Below, in pieces: positions 62,600 to 64,000 of a stretch of 64,000 nt of DNA (position 1 is the first letter of the stretch; every line of letters begins with the position of its first letter). The stretch spans positions 13,022,001-13,086,000 of the forward strand of contig CM052817.1 in NCBI GenBank assembly GCA_028534125.1, in the 5' to 3' direction. The position numbers and the translations under genes are program-made. The stretch is from Lama glama. Lineage: Eukaryota. The notes beneath the pieces are model-generated. The model worked only from the letters and a program-made list of their open reading frames with translations, searched no databases and was not told the DNA's origin.

Positions 62600-63350
62600 A
62601 CACATCTCTTTACCTGCCTCCCCCTCTAAAATGTGAGTTTCTTGAAGACAGAGACTCTGTCTGTTTTCTCGACTGTTGCATCCTCAGCATCCAAATTAGT
62701 GCATCACACATGGTAGCTGGGTAGATGCTCAGTTGGTGTTTGTGGAAAGGAGAGAGCCTAGGAGGAAGGAGTGAAGGTGACTTCCACTGAGGGAAGGACT
62801 CTCTTCCTTCATGGTGTTGCACTGAAGATCCAAGCCCCCAGGCTTGGTGGGCCTGAGTCTTGCATTCCCCCCTCACTCTTCAGCTTCATCCTGCTTCTTT
62901 TACCCTCCTTTCTTCTGGCTGCTCAGCTGTATGGACAAATGCGGTTCCCGGGATAATACTTGCTTTTTGCTTCCACAGGGCCTTTGCATATGCAGATTCC
63001 CAAGCCTATTCTTCCGCAGACTCAGGCCCCTGCTGCTTTCCTGTACCCAGTTATTGTCCCCTCGTGGTCCCATAGAAATCCTGGTTCACTTTGTGTAGAG
63101 CCCTCATATTCCAGTTCAAACACCCCTTCCACGATGCTCCAGGTTAAATCATCTTCTCTTCACACCTCCCCATACTGTAAGCATATAGTTTGCAAATGCA
63201 TGCCTATCTGTATGGTTATTGTATGAATACTCGTTCTTTACTGGAACTTCTTGAAACCAGGGCCTGGGTTTTTACTGATTATTGTTTCCCTAAAGCCTGG
63301 TGAGTATCTGGCATCTCCTAGGTGCTCAGTAAATGTGTGTTGAGTGATTG
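62600..63350 (+). mobile_element. L2 3'-end fragments (two copies)
   Basis: ATGTGAGTTTCTTGAAGACAGAGACTCTGTCTG and ...TAGGTGCTCAGTAAATGTGTGTTGAGTGA termini; CACAGGGCCTTTGCATATGC. Confidence 0.6.
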
Positions 63351-64000
63351 CCCCAGGCATTGTCTTGTCAGTCGATTGTCATGTGTTTTCCATAAATGAT
63401 GATTATGATTTATAGAGGAAAGGTTAGTGTTTTGTATTAGTTCCTCATTTTTCCCCCTATATCTTTTCTCACAATAACCTAAATACTGGAAAATTGTAAA
63501 GTCTTCAGGACCAGCCACTGCTTCCCTGCCTCAGATCTGTTTCATCATTTCCTTGTCTTATTTTAGGGTTCAGCATAGAGATTCCCCTCAGTGGGTTTCA
63601 CTCCACTCAAGGCTGGATGATACATCCCTCATCTGAGTGACTGCAGCATGCCGTCCTGTTAACGTAGTTATTACTTCTCTGTTCTTCTCATCTGTCTCTT
63701 GGTCGAGCTGAAAAGTAGACTGAATCTAGTCTAAGATGTTTGCTCTTTCCTCAGAACAGTACTTGGCATAGTACATACCAGAGATACTTTTCCAAATGAC
63801 TGAATGCATATCTTGCACTTGTATGATATTCCCCAGAGAGCAAAATCATTCCCGGAAAAGCATTTAGTAAACAGTTGTAATTTAATTCAGTGTCTTCAGG
63901 GTGGCATGTGCATCCTTCAGGGATTGCTTAAAATAATCTCCTTTTAGTGATCTTAAAAATTACAGTGCATGTTGCACATACAAGTACCTGGCTGGGGAGG

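Larger units (their letters stand above)
24708..64000 (+). other. SLIT2: SLIT2 transcription unit, 5' part (inferred TSS through exon 4, ending within intron 4)
   Basis: Four GT-AG-bounded exons splice into one open frame matching the Slit2 N-terminus. TSS inferred ~30 nt after the TATA box. No further LRR exon seen after 42565. Confidence 0.9.

Noticed and set aside
42566..64000. miR-218-1 or additional SLIT2 exons
   Set aside because: No TTGTGCTTGATCTAACCATGT and no 72-nt LRR exon seen. miR-218-1 is known to lie in a much more distal SLIT2 intron.
1..64000. CRISPR arrays, operons, rRNA or prokaryotic defence systems
   Set aside because: Sequence is clearly mammalian (spliceosomal introns, LINE/SINE/LTR content), and no regularly spaced repeat array was seen.

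Overview
This is mammalian genomic DNA, not prokaryotic. It holds the 5' end of SLIT2 on the + strand: a CpG-island promoter with GC boxes and a TATA box (24678), an inferred ~1.9 kb 5' leader, and coding exons 1-4 (26636-26814, 29509-29580, 30729-30800, 42494-42565). These encode the signal peptide, the LRR N-cap and the first LRRs. The window ends inside intron 4. The upstream ~22 kb and the introns are mostly decayed repeats: L1, L2, L3/CR1, MIR, MaLR/ERVL LTRs and hAT DNA transposons. They include a large Zaphod-like transposase fossil interrupted by several L1 insertions. A tRNA-Ala(AGC)-derived SINE with a perfect target-site duplication (TSD), plus cetartiodactyl-type L1 3' ends, suggest a camelid host (inference). 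A 500-N assembly gap lies in intron 3. I found no convincing new protein-coding system. The best leads are in the SLIT2 leader (GGC repeats in an open poly-Gly frame, three uORFs, a candidate UTR intron), plus several cis-element candidates. Repeat family names come from recognising the sequence by eye, not from a database search, and boundaries without TSDs are approximate.
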